This document shows, piece after piece, positions 38,060 through 52,369 of a DNA stretch of 64,000 bases. Position 1 is the stretch's first letter; each line of letters starts with the position of its first letter. The position numbers and the translations under genes are program-made. The notes beneath the pieces are model-generated. The model had not been told where the DNA came from, made no database searches, and saw only the letters and a program-made list of their open reading frames with translations. The DNA comes from Octopus sinensis (lineage: Eukaryota), in the NCBI RefSeq assembly GCF_006345805.1, contig NC_043012.1, positions 35,774,001-35,838,000 of the forward strand. The letters run 5' to 3'.

Positions 38060-38586
38060 ATATATATATATATATGTTTGAATTGTAAAATAACAATTTG
38101 ATGAAGAGGGTCTCATTTGATATTGTGATATTGTGAGTGTGTATCTATAAAATGAGTACCAGTTGAACACTGGGGGTCAATGTAATTCACTCATCCCCTT
38201 CTGCAAAATTTGAAACCATTATTATTTTTTTTTTTATTAATTAGTGTTCTCAATCAAGATGAACACTTTTCATTATCTCATACTGAACTGCAAACTTATT
38301 TCGCCCAAACTTTGGTGATATATCATCATCATCATCATAATTATCATTATCATCATTATCATCGTCATCATCATCATCATCATCATTTAACATCCATCTT
38401 CCACACTGTGTTGGGTCGGACAGTTTGATAAGGAACTGGCAAGCCAGAGAGCTGCACCTGGCTCCAGTTGTCTGTTTTGGTATGGTTTCTACAGCTGGAT
38501 GCCCTTCCTAACACCAACCACTTTACACAGTGTAAAGGGCGCTCATTATACAACACCAGCACAAGTGCTTTTCCTGTGGTGTGAAG

Positions 38587-39014
38587 TACATTGCGGAAAA
38601 TAACAAATTTACAGATTCAGAAATTTCAAAACTTTTAAGAGAAGATATCATAGAACTGAGAAATTCACCATGGCATTGCTACAAGTTTTGATTTTATTGG
38701 TAATTCCAGTAAGAGAAAGGCTTTTAGTAGATTTCTCTCAGACTATTAACTGTTTTATAGAGCTTGAAGCTTACCCAGTTCACTGTATAGATCAATAGAT
38801 CAATAATATTTCCAAATATATAAATATTATAGCAGAATTGACCTCGGTAACACTTTATTATCAAGTTGGTATCTGTGGAAAGACCATAACAGAGCTTTGC
38901 AGGCAGCTGGGGGTCTGTTTCAATTTAGTTGCGATTCTATAGACATCAGGAATGGTCTATCAGTGTTTCAGTAGGTCATCAATGATTTTTATCAACAAAA
39001 ATATTCTAGAAAGG
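38587..39014 (+). mobile_element. Ty3/Gypsy reverse transcriptase fragment (pseudogenised)
   Basis: KFTDSEISKLLREDIIELRNSPW, RLLVDFSQTINCFIELEAYPVHCIDQ, YYSRIDL, AAGGLFQF..IRNGLSVFQ*VINDFI match consecutive Gypsy RT motifs; stops and frameshifts. Confidence 0.82.
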
Positions 39015-40017
39015 TCATCATCATCATCATAACAACCACTACTACCATCACCACCACCACCACCATCACCACCCACACCACCACCACTACTACCACCACC
39101 ATATATCACAAAAATGCAGTTGCTTTTGCTTTTGCTACCATCATCATCATCGTTGTCATCATCATTTTAATGTCTACTTTTCCATGTTTGCATGGGTCAG
39201 ACAGGGTGTCCGTGAAGCAAATTTTCTATGGCTGGATGCTCTTCCTGTCACCAACACTCTCCTGTTTCTAAGCAAGGCAGTATTTTCCACTTGTCCTGAC
39301 ATGTTTGCAACAGAGATTTGCAAACAAAAAGCAACGCTAATTCCAATTTCAGTGATGTTTGACAGCAATCAGTGTATGATATCAAGACTAAGAGACAGAA
39401 CCATACACACTTCCATGCACCCACTTGCCCCTTCTCTGCTTATATCTGAGTAGTCATGTAGTGGTTCTACAGCAAGAAACCCATTCTGATCTGGCTCCTT
39501 CTCCTATACTCTTAACCCTAATCACCTGATGAAGATGCCCATTTTGGGGTTCATAATCTTGCAAGTAGCATAGTGGCCTCACTAGTGCAGGTAGCATGTG
39601 AAAATGCATCTACTACGTGGTACAAAGTTATCAGTATTAGGAGGGACATCTAGTGACATAAATCATGCCAAAGCAGATCCCGGGGCATCAGGGGCTCGTT
39701 GGATTTTGCCAAACCATCCAACCAATGCCAACAAGGGACATGGACATTAAATGATGATGACAATGGTAATTATTATACATACATACATACATACATACAT
39801 ACATAAATATATGCATGCATACATATGTACATATACATACATGCATACATGAATATAACCCCAGCCATGAAAAGTGGTTGGTATTAAGAAGAGCATCTAT
39901 GCCAAAACAGACCTTGCTGGTGCTGGTGCTATATAAATTGCTCTGCTTATTCTCTTGAAGGGCTTCTGCCAATTCAACGTTCTCTGCATAGTTTCTTCCA
40001 AACATGCTATGGTTTAC

Positions 40018-40063
40018 CTACTTTGTGACATACGTAATTCAAAATTCAAATCACAAGTGGAAC
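40018..40063 (-). CDS. Candidate small internal exon (R)STCDLNFELRMSQS
   Basis: TTCTACAG acceptor; donors at 40021 (GTAGGT) or 40017 (GTAAAC); the second links 44288 to 20943 in frame. Confidence 0.3.
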
Positions 40064-40245
40064 CTGTAGAACTTGTGAGGCTAACTGAAATCAGGTTTTT
40101 AAATGGCAGGAAAGATATGGTTTCTGCAAGAATGTAAAGCCAGTCCAAAATGATAAGCAGACAAGCTGAAAATCATAAGATAGATTAAACCCACTTTTTA
40201 TGTATTAGAACACTCATACATCATCATCATCATCATCACCACCAC

Positions 40246-40259
<14 letters not shown>

Positions 40260-40277
<18 letters not shown>

Positions 40278-40560
40278 CTATTTAACATCCACTTTCAATG
40301 TTGGTATAGGTTAGATGATTTGACAGGAGCTGGCAAGTCAGAGAGTTGCACCTGGCTCCAATTGTTTTGGCATGGTTTCTATGACTGAATGCCCTTCCTA
40401 ATGTCAACCACTTAGCAGAATCTACTGGGTGCTTTTTACATGGTGGCAGCACCAGTGCTTTATATGTGACACCAGTACAGGTGCTTTTTACATGAATTCA
40501 GCACAGGTGCCATTTATGTGGTACCAACACGAATGCTTAGTACATGGTACCAGAATCGAT
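40260..40560 (-). mobile_element. Family C retroposon with 24-bp minisatellite
   Basis: (CAT)n tail, GGATGCCCTTCCTAATG-like motif, GTGCTTTTTACATG repeats. Confidence 0.85.
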
Positions 40561-41334
40561 GTTTAATAGCCCTAACCAATTGTGAAGACTTCAAAGTGTG
40601 AATGGCTTCATAGATTAACCAAAATTTATAAACCAGACAAGTTTAAATTGATAAATCCTATTTTCAATAGAATTTATAATGACTATTTTTCAATTAGTTG
40701 TGTAATATCAAGTTTGTAATTAATGACTAATCTGAACATGTTTAATATTGTAATTGCTTAGATCAAAAAATAAACAGCGAATAGATTTAATATCTTAATG
40801 TATTTGATAAACAAGGGTAAAAGTATTTTAAAAAATGTGTATTAATATACACACATAGTAATAATTTATTAAATTGGTGGTGGGGGGGGTTGCATGATGT
40901 GATAAAAACTGGCTTGTCTGAAAAAAGGCAAAAAAGAAGCCTGTTATGTTCCTTACATCTTCTATCGGTACCATACCAGCAACAGCTGATGCTGATGTTG
41001 ATATATGCTTGTCTCTTTTAAATGGATTATAGGATTATATCTGGAACTGGCTATATCATGACATATATATCTTAGGCAGACTTGTTTTTGTGTTTATTAT
41101 AAAAGGGACTTTATTGTGTGTGTGTGTGCATGTGTGTGTGTGTCTATAAGAAAAGGAGATACATTGAATGTGGTATATGTAAGACATGGAGAAATCTGAA
41201 TTGAGTGTGAATACACGAAGGAGCTTTAATGAGCAAACACACACATACATGCACACACACCTGTGTGTGTGTGTGTGTTCATTCATTGATTAGTACTAAA
41301 TTTAGCAAGAGATAAATATCTCTACTGGTGTTAT

Positions 41335-41513
41335 ACACGGACTACTTCAAGTTTCATGCTTGGATAGTGGGCTTGCATGGCATACTGGATACAATATGGC
41401 AATCATTCAGGCTCAAATAACATGGTTAGTCAATGTCAGTTACCAGATTATACATTATACAAGCTCATTCAATTACTATACTATCCAAATATGAAACTTG
41501 AAGTAGCTCAGGT
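41335..41513. mobile_element. ~180-bp MITE with ~30-bp TIRs and TA flanks
   Basis: CTACTTCAAGTTTCATGCTTGGATAGT versus inverted ACTATCCAAATATGAAACTTGAAGTAG. Confidence 0.65.
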
Positions 41514-41925
41514 ATACCTGCTGTATTCATTAAAAGAGACCGCTCTTCTCTTGCTGATGTTATTGTTGTAAAACCCTACATGAAAACCCTACTTGATGCT
41601 CCTTCCTACCACGCACACTCCTGTTCAGAGAATATTCTTTTTCATGAAGATATTATCAACATGTTACATAGCATGCCCCAGCTGGGTCTCTATAAATAAT
41701 AACCATGAGAAAATTCTCAAGATAAAAACAAGACAGAAGCCCATAGAATGGATTGTGATTGCAATTCTAAAGGTACAGCTTTGTCACACTGTGTTATGAT
41801 GATCCTGCCTGTGAATTACATTAAGGGAAATCTTGTCTGATGGATATTCAGCCACTTACATTGGTAGTTTGGTTGATTGACCAACAGAACACACAAGTCT
41901 GAAAATTCTGACCCACACCCATTAA

Positions 41926-42149
41926 GCCTTTAGTATCTAAACCAATTGTATCTAACCCAAATATTCTACTTCCTTATTTTCAAACTGGCTGGATCTGGCC
42001 TCTCACACCTACCCTGCAATGTCATTCTAAAAATTAAACAATTCCATCTTTGGAATTTTTAAGCTACAAATTAATGCATAAAGAATTTTTTTTTTAAATG
42101 AGAATAAATAAGCATTACGTTTCGGCAAAGTAATCTGAACACTAAAGGA
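41926..42149 (-). mobile_element. piggyBac-type MITE, second copy
   Basis: TTAA|GCCTTTAG..CTAAAGGA|TTAG; internal CTGGATCTGGCCTCTCACACCTACCCT matches 17553-17767 inverted. Confidence 0.75.
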
Positions 42150-42635
42150 TTAGAATAGGGTGTGATTTGAGATAGACCTGGTTGTTATTTCTAGCTAGTT
42201 GTGTGACCACATAGATACTCACACATTGGGAGCATTGTTGCTGCTGCTGCTGCTGTTGTTGTTGTTGTTGCAGTGGTGGTGGTGTGAAAATATGCACATG
42301 TTATTCTGCAGTGCAGAGGCTGGCAAAGTGCATTTGTCATTTCCCTGCATCGTCTCAGATGATGTGTTTGGGGGGATAACAATGTCACTGCAGTTGCTGT
42401 TGTTGTTCTTGTTGTTGTTGTTGTTTAGCCACAGGTCAGTCTTGATCAAGCAGACCTATGATAAATGGCAATCCACCCATGACCATCCTGTCTTTTATCC
42501 TATACACTCAGAAATCAGCCACACATTATCCAACTTGCCCTGTTCAAAGACAGCAAGGTGTGACTTTTAGGGAGATTTGGTTGCTACTTCTTGCAGGTTG
42601 CATGACCACATAGAGACTATCTTGTTGGTTCATGC

Positions 42636-42673
<38 letters not shown>

Positions 42674-42879
42674 GTGTAGGGTTCTTTGTTTATGTTTTTA
42701 TTGGGACTAAATGGAGGGGTGGTGTATGGGGAGGAGTGGTGTTATACTATAACACTGGTGGTGGTGATGGTGGGGGAGGTTTGACTCTACATGCAGTGAC
42801 AGGAACTGTGTGGATTGCAGTTAATGAGGTTATTGATGCTGCTATAAAGATGGTGGAGGTGGAGGTGATAGTGGTGGTG

Positions 42880-43356
42880 GGTGTGTCATAAGTGATGGTG
42901 AGATTTATACGGTGGTGGTGGTGGTGGTGGTGGTGGTGGTGGTGGTGGTGGTGGGTTTGATGGTGTTGGTGTTGTGGTTGTAGCATGGTTGAGGTGTTGG
43001 TGGTGTTATAGCAGAGGCGGTAGTTGTGGTTGTAGTGGTGGTACTTGTTCTGGTATTGGTGGTTGTAGTTGCAGCTGGAAGGGATGTTACGGTGGTGGTA
43101 ATGTGGTAGTGGTGGTGGTGGCAGTAATTGTAGCGGTTGTAAAGATGGTAATGATGGTTGTATTGTTTGATGGTGATGGTGGTGGTGGTGGTGATTGTGG
43201 GTGGTGGGGATAAGGATAATGAGGGTGGTGGTGGTGGTGGTGGCAGTAATGTTTACTTGTGGCAGTGATGGTGCTGGGTGAATGAACTGTCGTAGTTGTA
43301 GTAGTAGTAGTAGTAGTAGTAGTCGTCGTCGTCGATGTCGAAAGAGAGCGGGAAAA

Positions 43357-43402
<46 letters not shown>
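42880..43402. repeat. (GGT)/(GTA)/(GA) low-complexity tract
   Basis: Direct reading; explains the 237-aa minus ORF. Confidence 0.92.
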
Positions 43403-43404
<2 letters not shown>

Positions 43405-43564
43405 GTAAAGCTTGAAAGGTAGTGTGTTATATCAAACAGCAGAGTTTCTCCACTTACCACTGGAAATCAATGATTCGAGAAGAAAGCTTCAGTTTCATGT
43501 CAGACTTGCTTGACACCTCTCATTGATAACATGAGCCAATAAAAATACTACAGCCTCCCTCCTC

Positions 43565-43750
43565 CAAGTGGTCTCCAGATCTGCTAGAAATAGCAGCCAA
43601 ATCTCCACCAAATCAAACAATCTGCTGTCTAAAATAAGGATGTGACAACACACGATAATGTGGACCTACATATTGTTAAATGGTGGCATTGCCACTGTTG
43701 GAATGTCTGTGATTCTGGCTCTGTTTGATCAGGGACAACCTGGGGTTAAA
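43565..43750 (+). mobile_element. Family D repeat, near full copy
   Basis: CTGCTAGAAATAGCAGCCAAATCTCC..GATCAGGGACAACCTGGGGTTAAAC. Confidence 0.75.
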
Positions 43751-44287
43751 CATCATCATTATTATGTTTATTGATAGGTATTAGATGAACACTAACCTTA
43801 ATACTTGGTGGGAAAATCAATAAATGTACTTGTAGTTCCTTATATAATATTATGTCATTAGTTTTAGGGGATTTTTGACTGTTGGTGATAGCAAGAGAGG
43901 GGAGGGCATTAGTTGGGACTAGAGTGAAGACTCCAGCTTTATATTTGTTAATCTCACTGAGCCTATAATCTCTATGCTATATATATATAATTCACCAAAA
44001 ATTAATTTGCAAAGGTGTCATTAATTCTATTATTATCCAATGTAACTATTTAAAAAATGATAATAACAGAATCAGTGACACAGGTGATAGCAGGCCAAAA
44101 ATAGCATTAAATAGCCGAGGGATTAAAATAAATCAAAGGACATACTAAGTATGTCTACCTGCTTGAAATAACAGTCAAAACCCTTATTAAATCGCCAAAA
44201 ATACACTGATGAAAACTACAGAAATCAAACAAAGGCAAAATCAGGTTAAGACAATCTACTAACATACATTTAAGTATCTGGACTCAC

Positions 44288-44422
44288 GTGGACCGGTTTC
44301 TGCCCTGGCAAAATAAGCCTTAGCTTCTTCAGCACTCGTTACCATGATTAGAGATTCCCAACCCATCGTTTTGAAGTCTGTGCTGCAACTGATTCGTTTC
44401 GCGCCGAAGTCACGGCAGCCAC
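44288..44422 (-). CDS. Internal coding exon (G)GCRDFGAKRISCSTDFKTMGWESLIMVTSAEEAKAYFARAETGP; loose thioredoxin/AhpC-TSA resemblance
   Basis: 135 nt, symmetric phase 1; TTTTACACAG acceptor, CAC|GTGAGT donor; CpG-rich unique sequence; the other minus frames have stops. Confidence 0.65.
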
Positions 44423-45079
44423 CTGTGTAAAATAATCTTGATACAATTTACGAGAAAAATAATTCACCAAAAATTAATTTGCAAAGGTGTCATTAATTCT
44501 TTTATTATCCAGTGTAACTATTTTTAAAATGATAACAGAATCAATGACACAGGCGATAGCAGGCCAAAAAAATATATATATATATACGTGTGTGTGTGTG
44601 TGTTTGTGTGTACATATGTGTATGTGTTCATGTATATATGTATGTGTATATATATGTGTGTGTATACATATGAATGTATTTGTGTGTGTGTATATATGTA
44701 AGTAGAAAAATGCACTTTTATATTCAGACAAGTGTTCTCAAGCTTGGTTGTTAAAATTTATATTTATGTGTGTATGTATGTATGTATGTATGTGTGTATA
44801 TATGTATGTGTGTATGTATGTATGTGTATATGTATGTATGTATATCTGTGTGTATATGTATGTCTGTATGTATGCATGCATATATGTATGCATGCATGTT
44901 TCATACACACATACACATGTAAACCTAAATACTATAAACGCATACATGGCAAACCTAACTATTTCTCCATAGATTGAAAGAAACCATGAACCGCCATTCT
45001 TGATTTTCAAATCTTATTGGTGTCTACATTATTGACCAATCCCAGAGAAATATGCAGCCAATGTTTATATATAGAGAAG

Positions 45080-45305
45080 GCGGCAAGCCAGCAGAATCGT
45101 TAGCACGCCAGGTGAAATGCTTAGAGGTATTTTGTCTGCTACTGTGTTCTGAGTTCAAATTCCACCGAGGTTGACTTTGCCTTTCATCCTTTCGGGGTCG
45201 ATTAAATAAGTACCAGTTATGCACTGGGGTTGATGTAATTGACTTAGTCCCTTTGTCTGTCCTTGTTTGTCCCCTCTATGTTTAGCCCCTTGTAGGCAAT
45301 AAAGA
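45080..45305 (+). mobile_element. SINE family A, well preserved
   Basis: GGCGGCAAGCCAGCAGAATCGTTAGCACGCC..GAGTTCAAATTCC..TTTCGGGGTCGATTAAATAAGTACC. Confidence 0.92.
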
Positions 45306-45661
45306 ATTAAATGTTTGTATATATATGTGTGTGTGTATGCATGTGTGTGTGTGTGTATGTGTGCATGTGTATGTGTGTATATAAAGATACATAATGCAAG
45401 TACGTTTAAAATCCAAGCTGTGTCCTCTAGAAGTTCATCTGCTTATTGCAGTATTCTAATTTTGTTTGCAGACATCAAATTTATGTGGAATATGCATAAG
45501 AGTTGAAAATTCTGGGAATATTATTTTGGCAAAGTAATTATATATCAAAACTAGAGATTGGAAAAATGGCAAATGAATAATTCTAAAATTAATTTTAGTA
45601 CTATTTGGTAAATAATGCCAAAAGAGAAAATTCCAATCTCCTGTTCTGATATTTGTCTGTT

Positions 45662-45708
<47 letters not shown>

Positions 45709-46289
45709 ATATATGTATGTATGTATATATATATATCATCGTCAGTCATCATCACCATCATCATCAGCACCACCACTATCATCATCATCATCGCCATCAT
45801 CATTATCACTATTATCATCATCATCATCCCCATCATCATCATCCCCATCATCATCATCACCCTCATCATCACCACCACCACCATCATCATCATTGCCATC
45901 ACGATCATCACCATCATCACCACCACGGTCAACATCAGCAAAAAACTGAAGGCTTTGTGGCATTTTCTTGTCTTTTTCTCTGTCATAAACACTTCAAACA
46001 TCAATGTTTGAGATTCATTTGAAACATCTAAGCAACCTGTAGCCTTGTTATTCATAAATTGTGATATAATTAATTAATATATATATATTCATATACATAT
46101 ACATATATATATATATTAAAATATTCATAAATTCTGTTTATAGAAGTATTATTGATTTTTACACATCTGCCATTAACATCACCAGTAGCAACCCCAAAGT
46201 GACCCACCCTTACTAATTATTAACTCCCACAACACTAAAATCAACAACCCATATGTGACCCCTCCCTAGATATTTACATTTCTACAACT

Positions 46290-46555
46290 AACACTGTCAG
46301 CATGTGGCCTAATGGTTAAAGTGCTAAATTCACAATCATTACATCATGGGTTCAGATCTCAGGCTACACAGCACACTGTGTCCTTGAGCAGGTTACTTCA
46401 TTTCATATTGCTCAAGTACACTCAGCTGAGAAAGAATATCATTAACATCTTCGGGTTAACCCTGCTATGGACCAGTGTCCTGTCCATGGGTCTGTCTAAT
46501 CCCAAACACCTTGAAAATCTGCATGAGCTCTGGTCTCATATGCCCTGTAGGCTTT
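46290..46555 (+). mobile_element. SINE family F variant
   Basis: GCATGTGGCCTAATGGTTAAAG..GGGTTCAGATCTC..TGTGTCCTTGAGCAGG. Confidence 0.75.
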
Positions 46556-48477
46556 GAGGCCCATCATTGAACATCACCAGCAACAAGCACAAAGTGACCA
46601 ACCCCACCAAAGTTTTACACAGGTGTGGTCATTACCACCACCACTGCCACTGCAATCACCACCAATAACAGCAACGTGCCCCACTCCCAGCTTTTACACT
46701 CCCAATTCATAACTAATAACAGCTGCCATATTTTACACCTCTCTGAGTGTTACCAATGACAACAATAACAAGTGTTCCACCATCCGCCCTCCTCCACCAA
46801 TTTTCGGTATTTCTGTTACTAAGAAAAAACAATGCCTGACTAATTCTTACATATCTACCACATTGACTATTGTTACCACCACCTCTCTACCATTGTGACC
46901 ACCACCACCACCAAAAGCAAGAATCACAGCAACAGCCGTTCAAGAATTTGGACCTTGAGATCTCCATTTCCAGTGACTTCGAGGGCCACCTTCCAGTGGT
47001 GTTGGGCATCAACAAAGAGCCCTCGACTACAACAAGACAAGTTTTTTTTTCCAAGGTCTGGGGTCTCCTGCTCCTAAAGCCCTAGACCATCACCTAATCA
47101 CCCTTACCCGTCTTGTTGCTTAACAACAGCAACAGCAACAACAAACATCCTGTCATCTACAATTATTTTATCTCTACCACTATGACCACTATCAGTACAA
47201 CTACCACCACCACTACCACCACCACCACCACCACCACCACCACCCAGTTCTGTTCCTTTCTCGTGAATAATTCACCAAATTCTCACTGGTTTGTCACAGC
47301 ATAACAAACTGCAAAAATTAACACTATGATAATAACACCTCTGTAACACTGTTGCATCACCACTGTCACTACATCATGACAGCATTGTTACATGTAACAT
47401 CACTGTAACACAACTCTAGTTCTACTGTAACACAACAGTGACAGTGATGTTACATGAGGAGGTATCTATGACAACCAGTGATGGTGCTTCTTATAGAACA
47501 CCACAAGGGAGACTTTAGGCGGTTGCTGGGGCTGTTAGATATGGTAGCCAAATTAACCTCAAGTCATGTCTTACTACCTTTCATAATAAAAAGGATACCT
47601 GAGACAATGTGATGCTGGACATGCACAAAAGACAGGATGGTCATGGCTGAAATGCTTTTGATCATGGTGAGTTTGCTGGACCACGGCTGACATGAAGCAC
47701 AATACCACCACCACCACCAACAACAACAACTACAACAACAATATCAACACCAAGTTTGCTGCGTGGTATGACAACTTGTGCTGCAAGTCGTATTCACCCA
47801 AACACAGTCAATACACCAATGAAGCATGACAGCAATACGCATCCACATCAACCGACACCATGCATAGTCACAACCACACACACACACCACCGCCGCCGCC
47901 ACCACCACCACCACTACCACCACTCTACACACCATTGTCCTCCACAATCACATGGTCAACTCACTGGTTACACTCCTTTCTATGTGTATTATTATTCGCA
48001 GAATTATCGACAAGCTTTCCATTCTTAACCCCCACTCTCTTTATCTCCCTCCCACCTCTCACCTGCTCCTTCTCTCTCTCTTTCTTTCTCCTGCCCCGCC
48101 CCCTCTCTCTCTCTTTCTCTCCGTTTTTCTCTCTCTCCCCCTCTCTCTCTTTCCGATATTAATAGCAAGAACCACTTTCTCCATAATATTTGGCCAATAA
48201 TAACGTGTCCGGCTTTTAGCTTGGCTTTTAGTTAGCTACAACCATCTATTATCTGTATGTGTATGCATCGTGTGTGGGTGTGTGTGTATGTGCATACATG
48301 CATGTACATACATATATGTGTGTGTGTGTGTATTACATTATATTGTATTATATGTTACACACACACACACATAGATGCATTTATGCATACATACACTCCT
48401 CCCACACACCCATGTGTGTGTGTGTGTGTGTGTGTGAATAGGAAGATAGATAGATAGGTTGGTAAATATGTAGCTAG

Positions 48478-48595
<118 letters not shown>

Positions 48596-49454
48596 ATAGT
48601 CCTTAGAACTTCACCAAGCTTTCAATTGTACCATTTCCTTCCCTCAAGAATTTGAGGTGTGAAGAATTATTAACAAGCCTTTTTGAAACATTCCAGTAAA
48701 AACTCTCTTGAAACACCTCAAACCTGATGTCTCACCTGGAACAGCCTCATGATGGTCAGATTTCCCACATATTCAGGACACACTGGACATCTAGAGTGTC
48801 CTGAATCAGAACCTGTGGTAATTTGTTCACTGGTCATAAGCTACTCATCTTTACTTGTAATTTATTGGTTTCAGTTGCTTGACTCTGGCCATGCTGGAGC
48901 AGGCAGTCAGATGTCTCTGGAGTGGGATGAATCAGAACCTGTAACCATTTGTTCATTGGTCATAAGCTACTCATCTATACCTAATCTTTTACTGATTTCA
49001 CTTGGTGGATTGTGGCCATGCTGGGTCACTGGTTTCCAAAATATTTTCAATTATTGATAATATTTTATTGACTTTGAATGTATTCAAGCTAAGGCAAGTG
49101 AACTCAGTCCAGATTCGATCTCAGTATGTGAAGGCATGTAAACAAACACCACATGGTGTTTTGCCTGATGCTCTACCGATTCTGCCATCCCTTCAACACC
49201 CACTGCTCTCAGTTGATACCCCCTAGACTGATTGTGGATTGTCAGATCTTTGGTGAGATTTGATCATTTTTCTGTAAGGAGAGCAGACTTGCAGTAACAG
49301 TGACTTCTGAAGTTCCTCTTTTTACAGAATTGCAACAGATGTGGCATTAATATGCCACAAACATTCTGCTTTCAACAAGACAAGACAAAGAAACCCTCCA
49401 TACAACAAAAGCTTCCATGGAGGTCATTAGAGAAATATTTACCTTCAAAGTAGG

Positions 49455-49622
49455 AGCAGACATGGCTGTGTGGTTAAGAAGTTTGCTTCCTAACCATATG
49501 GTTTCAGGTTCAGTTCCACCGTTTGGCACCTTGGGCAAATGTCTTTTACTATTACTACAGGGTGAACAAAAACTTGCAAGTGGGTTTGCCAGATAGAAAC
49601 TGAAAGAAGCCCATCACATATG

Positions 49623-49663
<41 letters not shown>

Positions 49664-49890
49664 CATGTAAATGATGGTCCACAATGTGATGGTTGTAAAA
49701 GAGCATCATTGTCGTACAAACAATGTTGTTCGTTTCTGGTTATGAGGAAATATTACCTTGCTTAAAAACAGGTGAAGGGTGATGACAGGAAGGGCATCCA
49801 GCTGTTGGAAATTTGCCTCAGCAAATTCCACCTGACTCATGCAAGCATGGAAAAGTAAACATTATATGATGATAATCATGATGATAATGA
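49455..49890 (+). mobile_element. Family B head joined to a family C type 3' end
   Basis: GACATGGCTGTGTGGTTAAGAAG..(GT)n..GACAGGAAGGGCATCCAGCTG..GCAAGCATGGAAAAG(GAT)n. Confidence 0.75.
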
Positions 49891-50146
49891 TGATGACTGT
49901 TATTGCTACTTCACCATCTGTACCCTAATTGTAAGTTATCATTTATATTCAGAGGAACTAATACTCTGCTCTACACACTGTTAGTGAATTGCCATTTATA
50001 CCCATAACTGGTACCCCACTTTATGTATCTTGATTGTCTGCTGAACTACAACAGGGTACTTAGTCCTAGACTAGGTACCCTAATAGTTTGTTATCCATTA
50101 TTCTTATAGCAATTGATACTTCAGTTTATGTACCCTGGCTATGGAT

Positions 50147-50201
<55 letters not shown>

Positions 50202-51607
50202 CACAGATGGCACAAACATAGCCATTGTTATTAAGACATTCACTTCACAACTGCTTAATCTCAATGTTGGTATTTTGAGGCAAGTTCTACCATGTTCTAG
50301 AACTTAGTGGAATTTTCCAGATGGAGATAGTGCAGAAACTCATCATGTGTTTGTGTGTGTGTGTGTGTAAACATATATAAATGTATTTATGTATACATCA
50401 AACCTGCAATTATTTCCCTTTCTTTTTCTCTTCCCTCTCTTATTGCTTTTACTTCTCTTTCATAAACAACATAACACAAAAACATTCTATCCTTTTCTAT
50501 TCTTTTCATTCAACACATCTATTTTTCACTCACAAATGAAGATGACATGGTAATATGTACCATGCTCTTGCTAACTGTTTTAGGTGCTTAAGTAGTTACA
50601 AGCAGATACAGACCCACCTGTGGCCCTCTGGTTCTTGATCCAGTGGAATACCACAGATGTGATAGCAGGCAACTGGTATTCATTTACAACTAAGTAGACT
50701 GTTGAATCTAACCCATGACCTTGAAATCATAAGGCTAAAACCTTGACCACTATGCTACATCCCTATTTATACACATGTGTGTGTGTGTGTGTGCGCGCAC
50801 ATGTGTGCTCACATATCTGTGTGTGTGTGTGTTTATACAGGTCTAAAAGCCCGTGTTATTTATGTTGTGTTTGTTTTTATCTCCTGCCACTTAACAGTTT
50901 GACAAAGAGAGAGCAATAAAATAATTATCGACAGAAATACGTACCTGAGTCAATATAATGGGCAATGCCCCAGTATGGTCATAGACTAATAACAGACACC
51001 AGAGAAAGAATAAAAGAGCATGTGTGTGTGTGTGTCTTTTTATATATTTTCTTCTAGCTCTTTGGTTATAAAATTCTGTTTACCAAAAAATCTAGAATAT
51101 TTTCTTTCTAATGGATTTTACCATCCACCATGTCCACCCTCCCTCTCTTCCTTCCTTCCTCTCTCTCTCTCTCCTTTTTTGTCTTTTTGCTTTGTTGTCT
51201 CTTTCCTTCTCTCCTGCTTTTTTTCTCCTTCTATCTATCTCTCTATATAACGATATCCCTATCTTTGTCTCTGTCTGTCTGCTTGTCTGTCTGTCACTCT
51301 CTCTCTCTCTCTCTGACACACTCCTTCTCTCTCTCTCTCTGTCTACCTATTTATCTGTCTATCTCTTATGTCAGCTGCACTGATATCAGATTGTTTGGGA
51401 AGAGGTATTTATCTAATTGATTACACACACACACACACATGCACATACACACTAATACACACACACATGTACCTATATACAAACATGCTCATAAATGCAC
51501 TCATTCACACATTTAGACACATATAGACACACCTCCATACACACACACACATATTGTTACACATTATGCACTCACCCTTTCAGATTATGATAGATCAATA
51601 TAATTTC

Positions 51608-51609
<2 letters not shown>

Positions 51610-51641
<32 letters not shown>

Positions 51642-51905
51642 CTCTTCTTCTTCTTCTTCTTTTCCTTCTTCTTTTCCTTCTTCTTCTCCTTCTTCTTTTC
51701 CTTCTTCTTTTCCTTCTTCTTCTCTTCTTCTTCTTCTTCTTCTTCTTCTTCTTCTTCTTTTTCTTTTCTTCTTCTTCTCCTTCTTCTTTTCCTTCTTCTT
51801 CTCCTTCTTCTTCTTCTTCCTTCTTCTTCTTCTTCTTCTTCTTCTCTTCTTCTTCTTCTTCCTTCTTCTCCTCCTCCTCCTCCTTTTTCTTCTTCTTTTC
51901 CTCCT
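51610..51905. repeat. (CTT)n
   Basis: Direct reading. Confidence 0.97.
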
Positions 51906-52369
51906 TCTTCTACACCATTGTAGAAATTGTGATGATGATGATGTTATTCTTTCAACTATTCCATGTTAATGTATCCTATAGCACCACCACCACCATCCCC
52001 ACCCATCCACTTGCGTTGCCTCGATGTTTGTGTTAAGATTGCCTTTTGGAGGGTGGGGCAGAAAATATAGAATTGCGTCTCTCTATACGACATCAGTCAC
52101 TCATCGACACATTCTGGCTAAACAGGTTAAGAAGTTTGCAATCACAACACCCAGCTTCAATTCTGCAGCATGACATCTGGAGCAGGACATCTGGAGCATG
52201 ACATCTGGAGAAAGTGTTGCTATCTTTCGCTTTGGCTTACAACCTTCACCATGTAAGTGAAATTGAAGTAGATGGAACCTGTACTGAAGCTCATTGAATG
52301 GATTCTATGTGGAATTCAAAAGATCCATTCTTGTAGATCATTTCTGTCTAAGAGTATGCATGGTGTACC

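Noticed and set aside
39905-40005. MFGRNYAENVELAEALQENKQS frame
   Set aside because: Runs into a family C repeat and has no credible donor.
46920-47080. SSDFEGHLPVVLGI resembling an APE endonuclease end
   Set aside because: Single weak motif.
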